Assembly (NCBI GenBank): GCA_013265495.1
Contig: MU058844.1
Coordinates: 9,506,184 to 9,570,183 of the forward strand
Source: Vicugna vicugna
Taxonomy: Eukaryota
Direction of reading: 5' to 3'
Length of the DNA: 64,000 bases
The notes under the pieces are model-generated. The model was not told the origin of the DNA and did not search any database. It saw only the letters and a list, made by a program, of their open reading frames with translations. Made by a program: the position numbers and the translations under genes. How positions within the stretch are numbered: position 1 is the stretch's first letter; each line of letters starts with the position of its first letter. Positions 13,779 through 28,664 of the stretch are shown here, piece after piece.

Positions 13779-16700
13779 TTTAGTATTTTTAAGGCCAGGC
13801 TTTAGCAAGTATGTTTCAGGATTTATCGCAAATATCTATTCAAAGGTGCCTGCCATCCTTTTCTTAGTAAGTTAGCTCTGGAGCCAAGGAAACCATTTCA
13901 ACCAGTAGCCACAACTTTAGGGAAGAGGCCTGCTCTCCTAGACAAAGAGAAAAGAAATGTGTCCCAAAACTGCCTTGTACTTCTCAAGTCCACCTGTTGG
14001 CTATACAATAAAAGACCCCAATACTTATTAAGCCTAATACTTGGAAACTTTTGAACTGCAGTGTCTCCATGCTGCTGTTTCCCATAGGTCAGCAGTAGTG
14101 CATCCCAGACTTGTCCTATTAACTAAATTTTTAGAATTCCTTTTCTGTCTATTCCCCAATTGCTAGCATCTGGAGTTGCAGTCATAGCATCCAGTCCCAC
14201 CAGTTAATAGGCATGAGACAGCAGTTGTTTTTAAAGGCATCTTTCCAAGTTTCTCAGGTGCTATGGAAATACATAAGCAAATATAAAAAATAAACAAAGA
14301 ACCAAGAAACAACAATAAAAACAGCATATTAAACCATTTACCTTAGAGTCACCGAGTGAGGGATTAGGGCCCAGCAGGGACATATATTCTTCCTTTCCTC
14401 CATCTTGCTTCTGGGAAGATGGATCAGGTTGCCAAGGACACCAGTGACAGGGAAATCAGGGAAGTCTGGATAGGCCACAGAAGCATCACCTTGATGACAA
14501 TGGATAGATGTGTATCTTCCGTGTTAAATGCAGTAATATTTCCCTTTTTCTAAGGTCAAGAAAGGAAGGGAAAATTGGTCTCTCTGGAATACCCAATAGA
14601 AAGATTATTTCTCTTTCACTGATTCCTTTGATATGATTTTCTTTACATACCTTCCTACACAATTTTCAGGTCCTACCCACTTGGAAATATCAATAGGCAT
14701 GCAGCCATACAAGGATGACCGTGCTAAAACATATCTTTCTAAAGAAAACTCAAGGCTAACTATTCTGAGAACTATAAACCCATATGGAGTCAGGGTTGGA
14801 ATGTTTACTGGCTGTGTAGAGAAATTAAAGGATACTACCCATTGGAGTTTCTGATTGAAAGAATATTCTGTTAAATTTACTTGATAACCACCTGCTTAAC
14901 TGAGAGAGATTTTTGACTTATTATTTTATAAAGTGAATTGTAACTGTATTCTATTAAAATTTCTTTGAAATCATTCAGTTTCCTCACAGATGGGCGAGCA
15001 ATTACTTCTGTGTCCAGAATAGCACTTAACCAACTACTGATGCACCTTGGGAGAACTGGGATTGCTAGACATTAGCTAAGAAAATTAGACTTTCCTAAAC
15101 AAGCTGTAAAATAGATCCTTCCTCGAGGTGTGACAAAGATTTGTGTCATTTATATTTCAATAAATAATATGGCCAAATAATTCGGTTGGAAGAAAATTGA
15201 AGTCTTAGAAAATTATGAAGGCACCATAATAGTGCAACAGAACTTTTCAATAATAAATATTTTAAATGTTTGAAGATAGTCCCATGAGAGGACAATAATT
15301 TATTAATTACTACAGTTGAAGAGTTTGTAATTACAAGTGTGATTCAAGTCTGTTGTTGATATTTCATGCAAAATACGTTGTCAAGCATAGGCAATTACTT
15401 AAACAATACTTAAGAAGAAGTTCATTTAGAATATTCATTTGCCTTAATTAATTGTGTCACATGATTACATCTAGGGGAGGGAGAAATTTTTAAGCTCTCC
15501 ATGACTTAAGGACTGAAAGTAACAGAATCACTGAATCATACTTGACGTTCAGATTTTCATCTTAGAAAGGATAAACTTGGATAATAAGGAATTCATTTAA
15601 AACATGATTTAGTCATCATAGTATAAAAATAAAAACAAATTAAATAGACTGTTGTAATTAGGGCTTTAAAATATTTGCATTGCCAAATGCAAAGACACAT
15701 TGAAGTGTCCACATATTTGAACCATGTGATTACGCATATGAATTTTCCCCAATTTGAATTCATATATAATGAAAATTGGACACTGTTAGGCTATAGCTTA
15801 AAAAAAAAATCTCAGAACATTCTTCTGTCTTTAGTTAGCTAATTATAGTGATTTAATCATAAGAAAAAGAAACATTAACTGATGTGATTATATTTTATAA
15901 AATATTTGCATTCTGTAGAAAATAAAATGATATTTTCCTCTCTTTGAATTTCCAGTGATATAAAGGTTTACATTTGTTCTTTTATTATAAGATTCCAGAC
16001 CATCAAATACTTAAATTTAACTTTGAGAGATGTTTTACAGTGGATACTTGACTAAACTTGAGTTTACAAGCAAAAATTTCAGTTAATCATCTATCTGGCT
16101 ATTTTATTTATTTAATGCCAAATGTTCACATGATTACAAATATTGATTTCTTTTGAGGAAAGCGATGTTTAACAACTGTTAGAAAAACATGTGCTTATTG
16201 AACTATATTTCAGTATATTTGGTGTTGATGTACCTATTAGCAACTAAAAAAAAGAGTAAAAGGAGAGTTTTCCTCAATACAATGACTAATTTAAATATAT
16301 AAAATTATTTAACTGGATTTAGAAGCAGTTGCATTGGAATTAAACTTGTTGACTTACTTTCCTGATAGAAAAATAACCTTTTAGAGATAGCACTTCAGAT
16401 ACTGCAATTCAAAATATACAATTTTATTTTAATGTAGCAAGTTATTTAGGAAATAAATTCATTATATGCTGTGCTAACTCTGAGGGCCTTTTCCTGTTTC
16501 CCACTCTTCTCCATCACCTTTCATTTCCCTTGGCCCCTAAAAATGAAGTAACCACCCATATGTTCTCTTTACCTTTTCTCCTAGCATTGCCTTTACCCTT
16601 TTGTGTCTAGAAGAGGGAAAAAGCTGAATGAGATGCATGCATCCCCCACCCCCACCACGTTCAGCCTAAGATTCCTTCATTCTGTGTGTGATGTTGATTC

Positions 16701-19700
16701 TTTTAAAAAAAAAAGAAGAAGAAGAAGTAGTAGCAGTTACTAGTTTTATGACCTCGGGGCTTAGATCATTTCTATGTGAATGTTTTTTCCATTTATAGCA
16801 GAATTTTCCATTGACCTTTCCTAAGGTGTACAAGTAGTTCTTCAGAATCCTTGTTTGCTGCTAAAAATAATACAAACATATCACATTTACAGTTTTCAAG
16901 TACAATGGTAAATTCAGCCCCAAATTAGTGAATCGGGATGTACCTGTAATAGTACAACAAAAATATTATACCTGATGCAAAGAAATGCTAATTTTCAATT
17001 TGCAGCTACTACCTGGAGGAGCACTTGGTGAAGTTCACGACTCATCTATACCTGGTCTGGCCATAGTCTAGGTTCAGTGGAAACTTGGAGAGTTTCCTCC
17101 TGCTCATAAGGCCTAGTTACAAGAGACCGTCTTCCTTTGTGGCCTCCCAGTAAGCCGTAGATGACCGTGCCAAACATCGTAGGTGTTTGTGAGGATAGTT
17201 ATGGTTTGGCGTACCTTCGAAAAGTTTCATCAGTCCTCTGTGCTTGCTGTGCTCCCTGCTTCTGTTTGTTTTACAGCAGCTGCTTAGCCTCCACCCTCTG
17301 CCTAGGGCTTGCCCAGTTTTTGTACATGGCATCCATTCTCATCATGGGGACTAGCAGGATTCACCTTTCTTTTTATTAAAAAGGAGAGTATATTTACAGT
17401 AGTAATTCCTCTGAACTTCTCAAGGGTACCAAGTGAGGCTGTGCACTGAACCTTTTAGGAACACCGTTCATTTCTATGGTCATCCTGAATTTGAATGTTT
17501 GTTATTACAATTTCCTGGCAGATGTCTCTGTCTTGAGGAAGCGCCAGCTTTTTCTAATAAACACAGAAGCACCAATTGTGCTAAGTATAGAACTAGATTT
17601 CTCATAACATTCTTTTGTCATTTTGTGCATTTATCACAGAGGGGCGATCCTATGTACCCTGCCATTCTAAAAGATCCCCAAATCTATTAGAATTTAGCAG
17701 AAGTTCCAGAAGTTCTTGGAGCCTTGCAACCAGCAAGTTTCCTCTCCCTGATTTAAACATCCTCATACTTTGTAACTTCCTTCGTGCAGCATGATTTCCC
17801 TTCCTTTCAGTCATCCAGTTACCTTCCTCTCCACAAAAGAACTCCAAAGTTTATGAGAAATGCTTACTGGAAATACTTGACTCTATAATTTTATATTTTG
17901 CGTGATTGGTTTGTATGCAACACTGTTACATAATTCATGTCCACTTATCCTCAGTACTCCATGGGCCACATTTAAGAGTATTCAAGTGTGACCTTCTCAT
18001 AGATGGAAAAGAAGAAAATTTGCAAGAAAAAATGTTACCTAAGGGATAATTCAATTGAGTTGAGCTCTTAGTGGCGAAATAGTCATTTAAATTTCTAGCA
18101 ATACATAGACTATTTTATAGCCGTCTATTTCTTAGAATCTTCCAAAACGTGTTTTTCAGTGAAATGATTCCCAACAGTTTTAAAATTAAGGATGTGTCTA
18201 TTCTAATGACATCTGAGAGGTAGATGTTAAAAAATCAGAAGGGGCCAACAGACATGGTTTTCAGCCCAAACTTGTGGGAATCTTTACCAGGCTTCTCCCT
18301 TGTGCTCTGATGGAGTGCAGTGCCCTCGGCCTGAAGAGGACCCCACATGTAGCCAACTAAACAGTGTGACCAGGCAGTTTGAATTGAGTAGAAAAGGACA
18401 GACATGTCCAGGTGTCCACAGAACTCCCCCCACTGAGGAACCCTCTATTTCGGATTGAATGCTCTTTTTGTTTGTGTGTGACCAGAAAACATAGGCATCT
18501 TAAATACCAAAGTGAGTTCCCATGAGATCTTCTCTGGAGCTTTGTAGACTTCTGCTCATTTGTCTCATGAACTAAAGGACTGTTTTTTTTTCAATGAAGA
18601 TTAAAATACCTTGGTTTAACTTGAATGCCAGTGTCTCCTGTCTCCACCTAAGCCAAAACTTAGGCCACCTTAACTTCACCTCACGCTCTACCTTGCAGCT
18701 TCTTGATGCCAGTTGTGTCATCATTTAGACTAGGTATCACATCCTTATCCATCTTCCTTAAGTGTCAGGTGCAGAGCAGTTGAGATACAGTGGGTTGGTT
18801 TTTGACACTGGAAAGCAGTCTCTGCTCTAGGATTTCCTCAGGGGTGAGCTTGCTCTGCTACCTGATAGTGAGTATGGGTGATAGGAGGAGCCCCTTGTGA
18901 AACCAGCCCAGAGGCATGTCCTGACCTCCAGTGATCTTATCCTAAAGGCGGTATATTCTCACTTAGTTAATTAAAGCTGAGCAGTAAGTCTGCTGAGCAG
19001 CATAGCAGGTAGCATTTCTGGTCTGTCTTGTCAGGGTGCAGTTAAATGAGATACTAGCCACTTCTTGGTTTCTGAATTAATTAGTTCCTGGGCACTTTGA
19101 CCCAGATGATACCAAGAGACAATATGCAACTGTGAAGAAAGACATCACTCCTGTCTGTTTCTTTCCTCTCTTATCAGCAGGACTAGTGTCTCTTTATCCT
19201 TGAGTAGACAACCAATGATGTGTTGGAAGAACTTTGTGAGTGATTACCTTTCTTCTGGGTACCTGGCCCCCCTTGATTACTATTACACTCTAGTGGAAGG
19301 CACCTTGAGCATTATCAGAGGGAAGAAAAGCTACCAAGGTGCAGTTAAGTTGTTAACCATCCATTATTTTACTATGGGAGGCTTAAAATAGCTGCTTCCA
19401 GCTTTCTCTTTGCTCTGCCATCAGTGTAGTAACACTTCAAAGAAAAGTTTCTTCCTGTGGGCTATAAATCTGAAGTATACACAAATGAAAATTAAAATCA
19501 ACTAATATGTTAAGTTGGCAATATAAAACACATGCAATGGAAGTTTCTTTACGCGTTTCTAGGTGTGAAGGGGATGGGTGGCAAATACTAGCAAAGTGTA
19601 AATTAAAAAGACTTAAAATTTACTATAAAGAGACCTTACCACCAAGGAAGCAAGCTTTGAGAATCAGGTTGTTGATAACGCCTCTTAGCCCTGACGTCTT

Positions 19701-19849
19701 CATGATTTCTCATTTTTATGGAGCACAATGTTCATCTAAAGAGAAGAGTGTAAGAAAAAAATTCACAGAAGTTTTTCATTAAGAGAAAACCTATCCAGGT
19801 AGATGGCAGTCTCTGGAGTAGAATAGACAAAAGGAATAGAGCAGATACT

Positions 19850-20590
19850 CCAGGTTTCCTATCAAACAACTTCCCTTACGTCTCTCTAACTAGCAGAAAT
19901 ACGATTTCATTCAGGTGCTACACCCCCTACCTCTTCAGCCCTGCCCCGTCGTGACTTAGGGAAGGGTGACCCTAGCCTAAGCTAGAAGGGTAAATCAGAT
20001 GGCTTTAATGTAAGGCAGGTATCATGTATCATTCCTCTTGTGAGTAATTGGGTTAGCAGGTTGGGGAAGTCACCCTAATGTAGCCAATGCGGCATAGGTT
20101 GAAGTCCAATAACGAGTTTCTGAGAAAGATATCAATGCTATTAAAAAGAGACATCAAAACAGTTAATTCCCCCATTTCTACTGGATGTTATCCTGTCTGG
20201 ATATACTATTTGAAACTATAAGAGCCATCCAAGGACTACGAAGAGAACAAGCCTTCAAAGACAAAGCTGACATTCTGAGCGTCCCAGGGGAGTGAAAACC
20301 TGGTCCTTGATGACACAATGAAATCTCTGAACCAGCTGTCTAGATTTGCCTTACCTTTTGAGCCAATGGTTACCAAACATGGCTACACATAAGAATTAAC
20401 TAGAGAGCTTTTAAAAATCCTAATACCCAGCTCTCACTCCACTGCAGTCTGATCAGAATGTTGGGTAGGAGTTAGACATCAGTATATTTTAAGGATCCCC
20501 AGGTGATTCTATTGTGTAGCACCATTTGGGAACCATCTGGTTTGAGTCATTTTGAATGACACCTTTTGTTATTTCCGTCTGAGTGCTCCT
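19850..20590 (+). mobile_element. MaLR LTR (MLT1J/K-like) interrupted by MER5A
   Basis: agcagaaatacgatttcattcagg, gccatccaaggactacgaagaga and aaacctggtccttgatgaca. Confidence 0.55.
20364..20540. mobile_element. MER5A hAT-Charlie MITE
   Basis: Degenerate TIRs caatggttaccaaa / tttgggaaccatctg; internal ccccaggtgattcta. Confidence 0.8.
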
Positions 20591-23319
20591 TAGCTCAAAC
20601 AACAGAATTTAAATTAAAAAAAAAATTGAAACCAAATACATTATTTGTATTAATTACTACACTGGATTAAAAAAAACAGAAATATTAGTAAGAAAAATAT
20701 AACAAAGTAAGAAAAATGCTTAACAGTTTTTAAAGGGAACTCTAAGTCAGTTACTTAGCAATCTAATTGAACTATATTCAAATGTAATCAAGTACCTACT
20801 ACTCTTGATAAGTAGTCTTACTGATTATTTCCCTTTATAAAGCTTTGTATCTATTTAATAACCTGAAGTTTAATTTATGTAAAATAATTAAAAGTGAAAG
20901 AATCCTTTCATCTTCATTAAATTTGGTCTTTGAAAAATATGCATACATAACAGAAACAAATACTGGCTTTTATTATAAATAATTTCAAGAAAGGAAGATT
21001 TATTATCCTTGTCAACTGTTACAAATCCCCCTACCCCCAACTTGCCCCCACACACACATACTTTTTTTTTTAGCCACTGTTGAACTAGTTTAAGGCGTTT
21101 TGATAGCTTACCTACTTGCCTGGTCCATGATTATCATATTATTTAATTTAGGAAACCATCTAAGAAATGGTCCATAGTGACTTATGTTCCACATGGAGAG
21201 AGACACAGACAACAATCCTAAGCTCACGTTGAAACATGGCAACAATTCTGTGGCTGAACCACTTTACAGAAGAAACATTTTCCACTCTCTGGAAGGCTGC
21301 CCTTCCTCTTGAGGAGGGCAACTTCTTGTCATCCACCTCATCAGGGTGGAGATCACAGTGCAGTAACTCTTCAGTTCATTTCTGTGTCTAAGAGTCAGAG
21401 AGGACAGCGACCTGTTTCTCTCCTCACACTTTGATAACACACTATGCAGTGTATTCAGAATCTTGCTGAGAATCTCTGTGTCACCTTGCTGTGCAAGAAT
21501 AGATATTTTTGGTACTCTCCATCCTGACTGCTTGTGATTGTACTACATCATGATCTAATATGACAGCTGCCAGAGGAAACTTCCAGCCTCTTCGATGATG
21601 TTCTTAATACCACACAGCCATCATTGCTCCATTCTTCTTCTCCATCGCTCAGTCACTGGACTGGGGTTTTCATCTCCTACTTTGTCTTCAAGTAGGGTAA
21701 TAAAAACTGGATAGATATTATGCAATATGTAGTCATCTCTAGTCTCATTAGATTGCAGGATAGGCCACTCAGTTTAAAAGACAAGCCTGACAAATTGGCA
21801 GATAAATGGACTTTTCGTTTCATTGGTTATATCAATGTAGAATTTCTTTAATTTTATAATTTGCTTAACAAATGAGTGACTATCCAATCTTATTCTTTAA
21901 GTAAGGACTTTTAAAAATACACATTTACATAGGCAGTAAGAAACTAAAGAGGACACTGTAGACTTTGAAACAGGCATGGAATGAGAAGGTTGTTTTTCTT
22001 TAATGCTGGGTTATATTGATAATTATCTCTGATAAAAATGAATAGGCACTGTGACAGGAATAATCGGTGGCTGAGAGAAAGAGATTCTTTGCATCAGTCT
22101 GAACTGATGGCGCTTCACCTGATTGAGGGTACCTTGTAAGGAAGCACTTTAACCTAATTAAAACTTTCTGAGCTTTTTTCCCCTCTTTCAAAACTAAGAT
22201 TTTTATACGATTTAATTTGAAGGATACTGAAATACAAAGGCATATTTTTGTCATGCCTAAGGACAGGTTAATAATGCATTCAGATTCAAATCATCTTCCA
22301 CATTGATAAAACTGACCTACTTCTTCTTTCTGAAAGAAAAAATCTTATGAAATATTTTCACATAAAAATGTTGCATTTTGGTGTCTTTCTTTCTACATTC
22401 TATAATTAAACCTGGCACATCACCCCAAAAGTTAAATGAAGTTTAGTTCATTTTCAGGTCTGGGCTTTTTAATGAGTTAGCATCTCTGCTGCCTGAGACA
22501 AGTGACAGTCACTGCTTTGCATGCCAGAGAATTTTTCTGACAGTAGTGATAATGATGCAGATGTTTTTCTATATGGGAATCTTCCAACATTATCCCTAAT
22601 GAAAACACATGCCTACTTCCTGGCAAATTAAAAAAAATCATTTTTCAAAACAACGTAATTCAAATGCCTTCATTGTAAGATGGCAAATGTAAACAGTCCA
22701 TTATTTTCTTCATATTGTTTTTGCTGTGTTCTGTTGTAGCAATAAATTGATTTTTTTTAAACTTTTCTTTCTGGTCTTGATATGGAAGCAACTTTTACAA
22801 AATTTTATATGGATTCCAAGTGGAATGGGGATATTTAGAGCAGTAAAGTAATAATTAGAGCACAGAGGTTAAGCCTTGTGAATTGGCTCTTGAAACTGAT
22901 TTGCCATGACGTCTTGAACCTTATGTTTACGTAGGCTCATTTGGCTTCAAAAAGAAAGAAATACAGTTGCTCTAAGTGTTATGTTCTTTAACTTATGAGT
23001 GTAACTTTGTCATTAGAGATTTACAGAGAAGGAAATAATGAAAGATCTGTGTCAATAATGTTAAACAAATCTTTTTAAAAGTAAGGTATAATTGACATAA
23101 TTTAACATCTTTTTATTTAAAAATGTGAAATTTTGTGAAAATGCAGCTGGGATTTTTCTAAACTGAACTCTAGATACATTTTGGGTTTAAGTGAATGTTT
23201 GCTGCTGCCCTTTCTTAAAAGGAACATTTTTAATGTGTTCCAAAAAAAAAAAAAGCCCTTCATCAGTTAGCTTTAAAAAAAAGAATTTCTAGCTCAATGC
23301 ACAAGAGATATCCTTACCC

Positions 23320-23835
23320 TATTTTTTAAAAAATTTATTGTATTGTATTAAGATAATAAGACATATATCATCTTAACAAATTTTAGGTGTGCAACACACT
23401 TAACTGTAGGCACAATGTTGTACAACAGAACTCTAGAATTTATTCATCTTGCTTAATTGAAATTTTATACCCATTGTTTAGTTATTCCCCATTTTTCCAT
23501 TCCCCCATCCTTGGCAACCACCTTTCCACTCATTAATTCTGTGAATTTGATTATTTTAAATACCTGTTATAAGTGAAATTATGCAGTATTCGTCATTCTG
23601 TGACTAGCTTATTTCGCTTAGCATGAAAAAAGAAAAAGACAAGTGCTGGTAAGGATATAGAGAAACTGGAACCCTTACACACTGCTGGTGGGCTGGTGGG
23701 AATGCAAAATGGTGCACCTGCTATGGAAACAGTATAGTTTTCTCAAAAAATTAGAACTCTCATATGATCCAGCAGCTCTGCTTCTGGGTATTTATCCAAA
23801 AGAATTGAAATTATGATCTTGGAGTGATATTAACA
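23320..23835. mobile_element. L1MA-like insertion with 5' inversion (minus 23320-23624, plus 23625-23835)
   Basis: A reverse L1 3'UTR ending at cttagcat abuts directly a forward L1 segment (caagtgctggtaaggatatagagaaactggaaccc). Confidence 0.75.
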
Positions 23836-24084
23836 CTATTCTTAAGCATCGTGCATGCCCTGAAAGTCATGACAGTCTTATTACTGAGCCTCACCACAAG
23901 CCTTACGCACACCACCAGATGAGGTACAGAATGTGGTGAGGACTGGAGATGTCTACTGTACCCATATCTTGGTCATAAAAAGTAGTGTTTTAAATTTATT
24001 TGTCTTTGTTAGGAGGACTACGTCAAAATGCCACATCAGATGGACCTCATCAAATAAGTCATTTTATGACTTATTTACCGCCAG

Positions 24085-24283
24085 AGGGGTTCCTTCAAAA
24101 ACTAAAAATAAGAGTTACCACATGATCCAGCAGTCCCGCTCCTGGGCATATATCTGGGAAAGACAAAAACTCTAATTGGAAAAGATACATGCACCCCAGT
24201 GTTCATAGCAGCACTATTTACGATAGCCAAGACATGAAAACAACCTAAACATCCATCAACAGATGAATGAATAAAGAAGTTGT
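24085..24283 (+). mobile_element. Younger L1 internal fragment (ORF2 end / 3'UTR start)
   Basis: ggttccttcaaaaactaaaaata...aaagatacatgcaccccagtgttcatagcagcactattt. Confidence 0.85.
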
Positions 24284-24494
24284 TAGTTATTTGGGGGTGA
24301 TGTGATAGTCATTGGGACATATAAGTGAATAACTCATCAGAATGAAATGGGAAGGGACCTGAGCAATCTGAATAATTCAGGGCAGGTGAAATCTGTCATT
24401 AGTTGCAGCTTGGTTAAGTTTCTGTGCACCTATAGGTGGGTGCTGTCTGGTGTTCCTAAGGGCAAGAAGACTGTGATACACCTTTCAGAGAGAA

Positions 24495-24775
24495 TGCTTT
24501 GGTGGATTAACTTTGTTCAAGCCTGAGTTATAGTGATGTTGGCCTTGAGTCCTGGGTTTATGGTCAACAATATGTATTACATAAGGTGTTTTTAAACACA
24601 GACACACATAAAACAAACTAATAAGTTGATCCATTGATGGAACTGTTGTAACCAGAGGTTTGCAGGAACCTAATTCTGAATTTTCCATAGAAGCAGTGGT
24701 TCAATATTTGCTGATTCAATGTTTGCAGAAACTTTATAGGCCGTAACTGGTGCAACAAACACGAATCAGTAGTAG
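24495..24775 (-). mobile_element. TcMar-Tigger family DNA transposon end (MER82-like)
   Basis: accagaggtttgcaggaacctaa...ggttcaatatttgctgattcaatgtttgcagaaactttatag. Confidence 0.75.
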
Positions 24776-27067
24776 TGTTCATTTTCAATGTAGTCAATTC
24801 AAGAAAAGCGATCAGGCCTATGAATGCAGTTAAATAATATAAAGGACCATAATTCATAGTTTTTCAGGATACCTAGACATTGTAAAATACAGTGAAACTA
24901 TTTTTTTTTATAGATTTCACAGAGATTACCAAAATGTGCCTCACATAGGATTAGTATAAACTGAGGGTTTTGGTCATAGCTGAGACAGTTATAACTTCTG
25001 CCATTTGATAACTTCTTTGGAAAAGGACCAAATCTGCTTCTCTATTTGGAAGATCTGCTTTGAAGGCTGCAAAACCACTATCTAAAAAAGTCTTTAAATG
25101 GTGAGTTAGCACATGTTTTAAAAACACTTCCTAAATAGTAGGAGGAACTATGGAACATTTGAAAAATTTAAGTAATAATGCAGTCATTTTGTATTTAAAA
25201 CCCAGACCAGAAGTCAGGGTTTTTTTTTTTAACTCATTTTCCAACATGTATCTGAAACCTATTCCACTCTGAAGCTTCATTTTGTAAACAGTCATTCTAA
25301 TTTCAGAAATACCTGTTTTAGTAATTTTCACATTTAATTGTTAGAGAAAAATCTACCTTATAGGAAGAATTGCTTCCTGTAGTTAAGTGTAAAAAAACTT
25401 TGTTTGTCTACACCACATAAATTGGTAGAAAACTAGATAGGGAATTACTTGAACTATAACTTGTTAATATCTTCTCTTTTTACTGAACTGTCATTAACTC
25501 AGTTTTAACTGTCAACTTTTAAGTAGTCAAAATGGAAAGCAAAAAAGCAAAGTAAAACAAAATAATTAGTAGATATAAAAATAAGTCCACACAGTCTGAT
25601 TTCAATTTTTTTTTTTTGCTTTAGGAATGAAATTCTGTGGTTTAAAAATCATTGCTTATCTCCAATAGGATTTTTTAACCACATTTTCTTAGGAAATCAG
25701 GACCCACTCTTGAACATGTCTGTGCCACCAGGATTCTGATGGATAATGCTTATATATACAGTCTTTTTGTGTTTTAATGATGTGGCTCTGACCTAATTGG
25801 TAAAATACTGAGTTAAGTTTTATGGTATATACTTTAATGCTCAAGAGTTAAAGAAAATCAGAATGAGTCTAATGGGAATTTGGCAGTGAGCATCCTGAAA
25901 TTGATCAGGAAATAATTATAAGTAGTCTGTTTCTCTTTTATATCGACCCTATCCCATTTCTTCCATTTTTTTTAACAGACTTCTAGTTACCAGTAACTAG
26001 TCTACCTGAACATAAGGGAGAAGGGGTAAAAATAGTCAAGTGTGAATCATAAAAGTGACAGTGAAAAGGGTAACTGGTATAATATATACAGTCTTTCACA
26101 TGGACAGGTGATAAGATCAATACTTAGAGCACCTTTCATTTTTCAATCTTTTCATAAATACACTTGGCACATTTATAAGATTAAATGTGCTGGCACCATT
26201 AAAATAATGTAGAAGAGTGTTTAATACATGGGGAGAATAGTCCCAATATTTTAAGTGAAAGTTCAGATTATAAAAGGTATGTTTTGACTGAATTGATATT
26301 TATTTCTTAAAAATCAATATCAGACTAGAAATAAATCTCCCAAAATGTTAACAGTGGTCATATCCTGGTATGGAATTACAGATGATTTTAATTTCTTGCT
26401 TGTACAGTTCTCTATTGTACAAATGTTCTATAGTGTATATCAATTACTTGTTCTGTCAATTCACTTTTGAAAAATTTAATTCTTTGTGTTCCCTTTCTCC
26501 TGAATATATTTTATTTAAAAAGGAGTACATATGAGTTATTTAAATTAAAAAAAAAAGATGCCTTAGCTGTATAGGTTAAATATAAAACTAAGGCTCAGCC
26601 TATAAATTACATAAATATATGTTGGAACCCCTCAAGATCCTTATATCTTCTCTCTCTAAATTTCTCCCAGAGGGTAACATATAAACAAATGACTTCATTT
26701 GCCAACTAAATAGATAACTCTTCTATTTTAGAAGAGAGAACATATCTTACAACCTATATTCTTCTCTGATCTTCAGACGTACATGTCTAGCTGTCTACTG
26801 AACATCTCTTGGAGATCACACAGTGACTCAAACATTGTCCAAAGTCAAATTCATTATTCTGCATCCCTGCCCATGTCACAAGACTAAGCTTCTTTTCATC
26901 TTTTCGCACTCAGAGGCCACCACCACCACATTCTGTTCCATTTACTCCTTAATCATATTCACGATTCCTTTAGAAATTATATCCAACATCTCTTGCCTGT
27001 CAAACAATATTGAACTATATTGAACAATATTGTTTATTACTATTAGTCTCCTTTTCAACTATAACCC

Positions 27068-27187
27068 ATTGATTGTGTCCCAAATATTGCATGGGACATA
27101 CTTAAACTAGAAACTAATTCAGTGTTTATCTGAGATGCCAATCTAACAGAGCCTCTTGTATTTTTACTGCTACTTCTGGCAACTTTA
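27068..27187. mobile_element. MER53-like hAT MITE half
   Basis: gtcccaaatattgcatgggacatactta...tgtttatctga...ctggcaac. Confidence 0.7.
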
Positions 27188-28599
27188 TTATTAGCCATAA
27201 TTTTAATTCAGTCAACTGGATAATTAGGTTTGTTCTTATTAACTGAGTTGAATCTTTTCTTTAGTGTTCATTTAACTAGCTGATATGATTCATATGACAT
27301 TGACAATATATACCAACTGATCCAAAATGGTTAGTTTATTTTCCTGATAAATACCTTTTTAAGAAGGAGAAATTGATTTTACAACACTTGCAAATTTTTA
27401 AGTACACTGGTAAATTTCAACCCTGCTAATAAGCCAATATCCTGGAATTTGGAGTTCCTTCATGAGATTTCACATTGTCTTAATCCAGTCAGAAAAAGAG
27501 ACAGATTTTAATCCCCAAACCTTGTTTGAATTTTACCCCAAATAAGCAAATAGAGATAATCCAGCTCTTTTGAATGGTGCTATACTACTTGGAAATGACA
27601 TCTTCCCAAAATTTTGCTCAGGCGTTTCCTGTTACAGGGGACTCTGGCTGTGTAACAAGGACAGAACAGGAACAGCTGCCTTAAGGGAATTCTTTTTTAG
27701 ACAACCATAGGAAAGAGATTTCCCCCTGGTGGCTTGGCCACCTGCCATGGGGACCCTGTGGAAATACTCTCTTATTTGTGACCTCATCTTTTCCCTTGCA
27801 GTCATTAAACAATTTGTACAAAGTATTTAATTTGTACTACCTTATGAAAGCTATATGTGTTAAGAACCCACTAGGAAATATAAGCCAATTATAAAAATAA
27901 GAGAAATTAATGGTTAACGGCACAGTTTTAAAAATTATAGTCATCCTTCAGTTTTATAGTTTCACAAATGATAGTTCTGCTTTTATATAACAGAATAATT
28001 ATAATTAGTGGTGAAACTGTAAAACTGAACAAAGTATTTTCTGTTCCCTTTGGAAAATAAAGTATATGGCAGACTCATTTTAATTCACTTAAAACAGGTG
28101 ATATAACAAATGATGAAGTCTGGAAACTTCGTAATTGATGGAGATTTTGAAGACTGTGATATGTAGCATATCAATAGTCCTGATGCCTCCCTGCTGAGTT
28201 CCTACAGAACTGGAAAAAAAAAAAAAAGGCTGTGCCCTTTACTGTCAGTCATGAAGGGGCATTTAATCCTCATTGGCAAGTGATCCCAGAATACTCTCCT
28301 TGAGGGGCCTGTCATCCCTCCCACATCATTTGGGAAGTAGTGCTGGAGAACTTTCTTAATGTGCCCTTCTCATTAGCTCAGGAACAACATTTTAAAAAAT
28401 GTCCCCATTCCTTTGTAACTTGGCTAGGCAGATGGGTAGATATTTAAAGGCATCAAATTGTCCAAAATATTCCTCACATCCAAGCACTGGTGTTCACTTT
28501 CAATTGGAGACTGTATTTTTTTTTCATTCTAGTAGTACCATTTTCATAAATTCACTTTAAGACACGAGTTAGGTCACAAATTCACCATTTCAATTCAGC

Positions 28600-28630
28600 T
28601 TTTTTTTTTTTTTTTTTTTTTTTTCTTTTT

Positions 28631-28661
<31 letters not shown>
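28600..28661. repeat. ~62-nt near-pure poly(T) tract
   Basis: Read directly; only two interruptions. Confidence 0.95.

Positions 28662-28664
<3 letters not shown>

Noticed and set aside
27002..27035. (aacaatattg)x3 self-complementary mini-repeat
   Set aside because: AT-rich and short; consistent with simple slippage.
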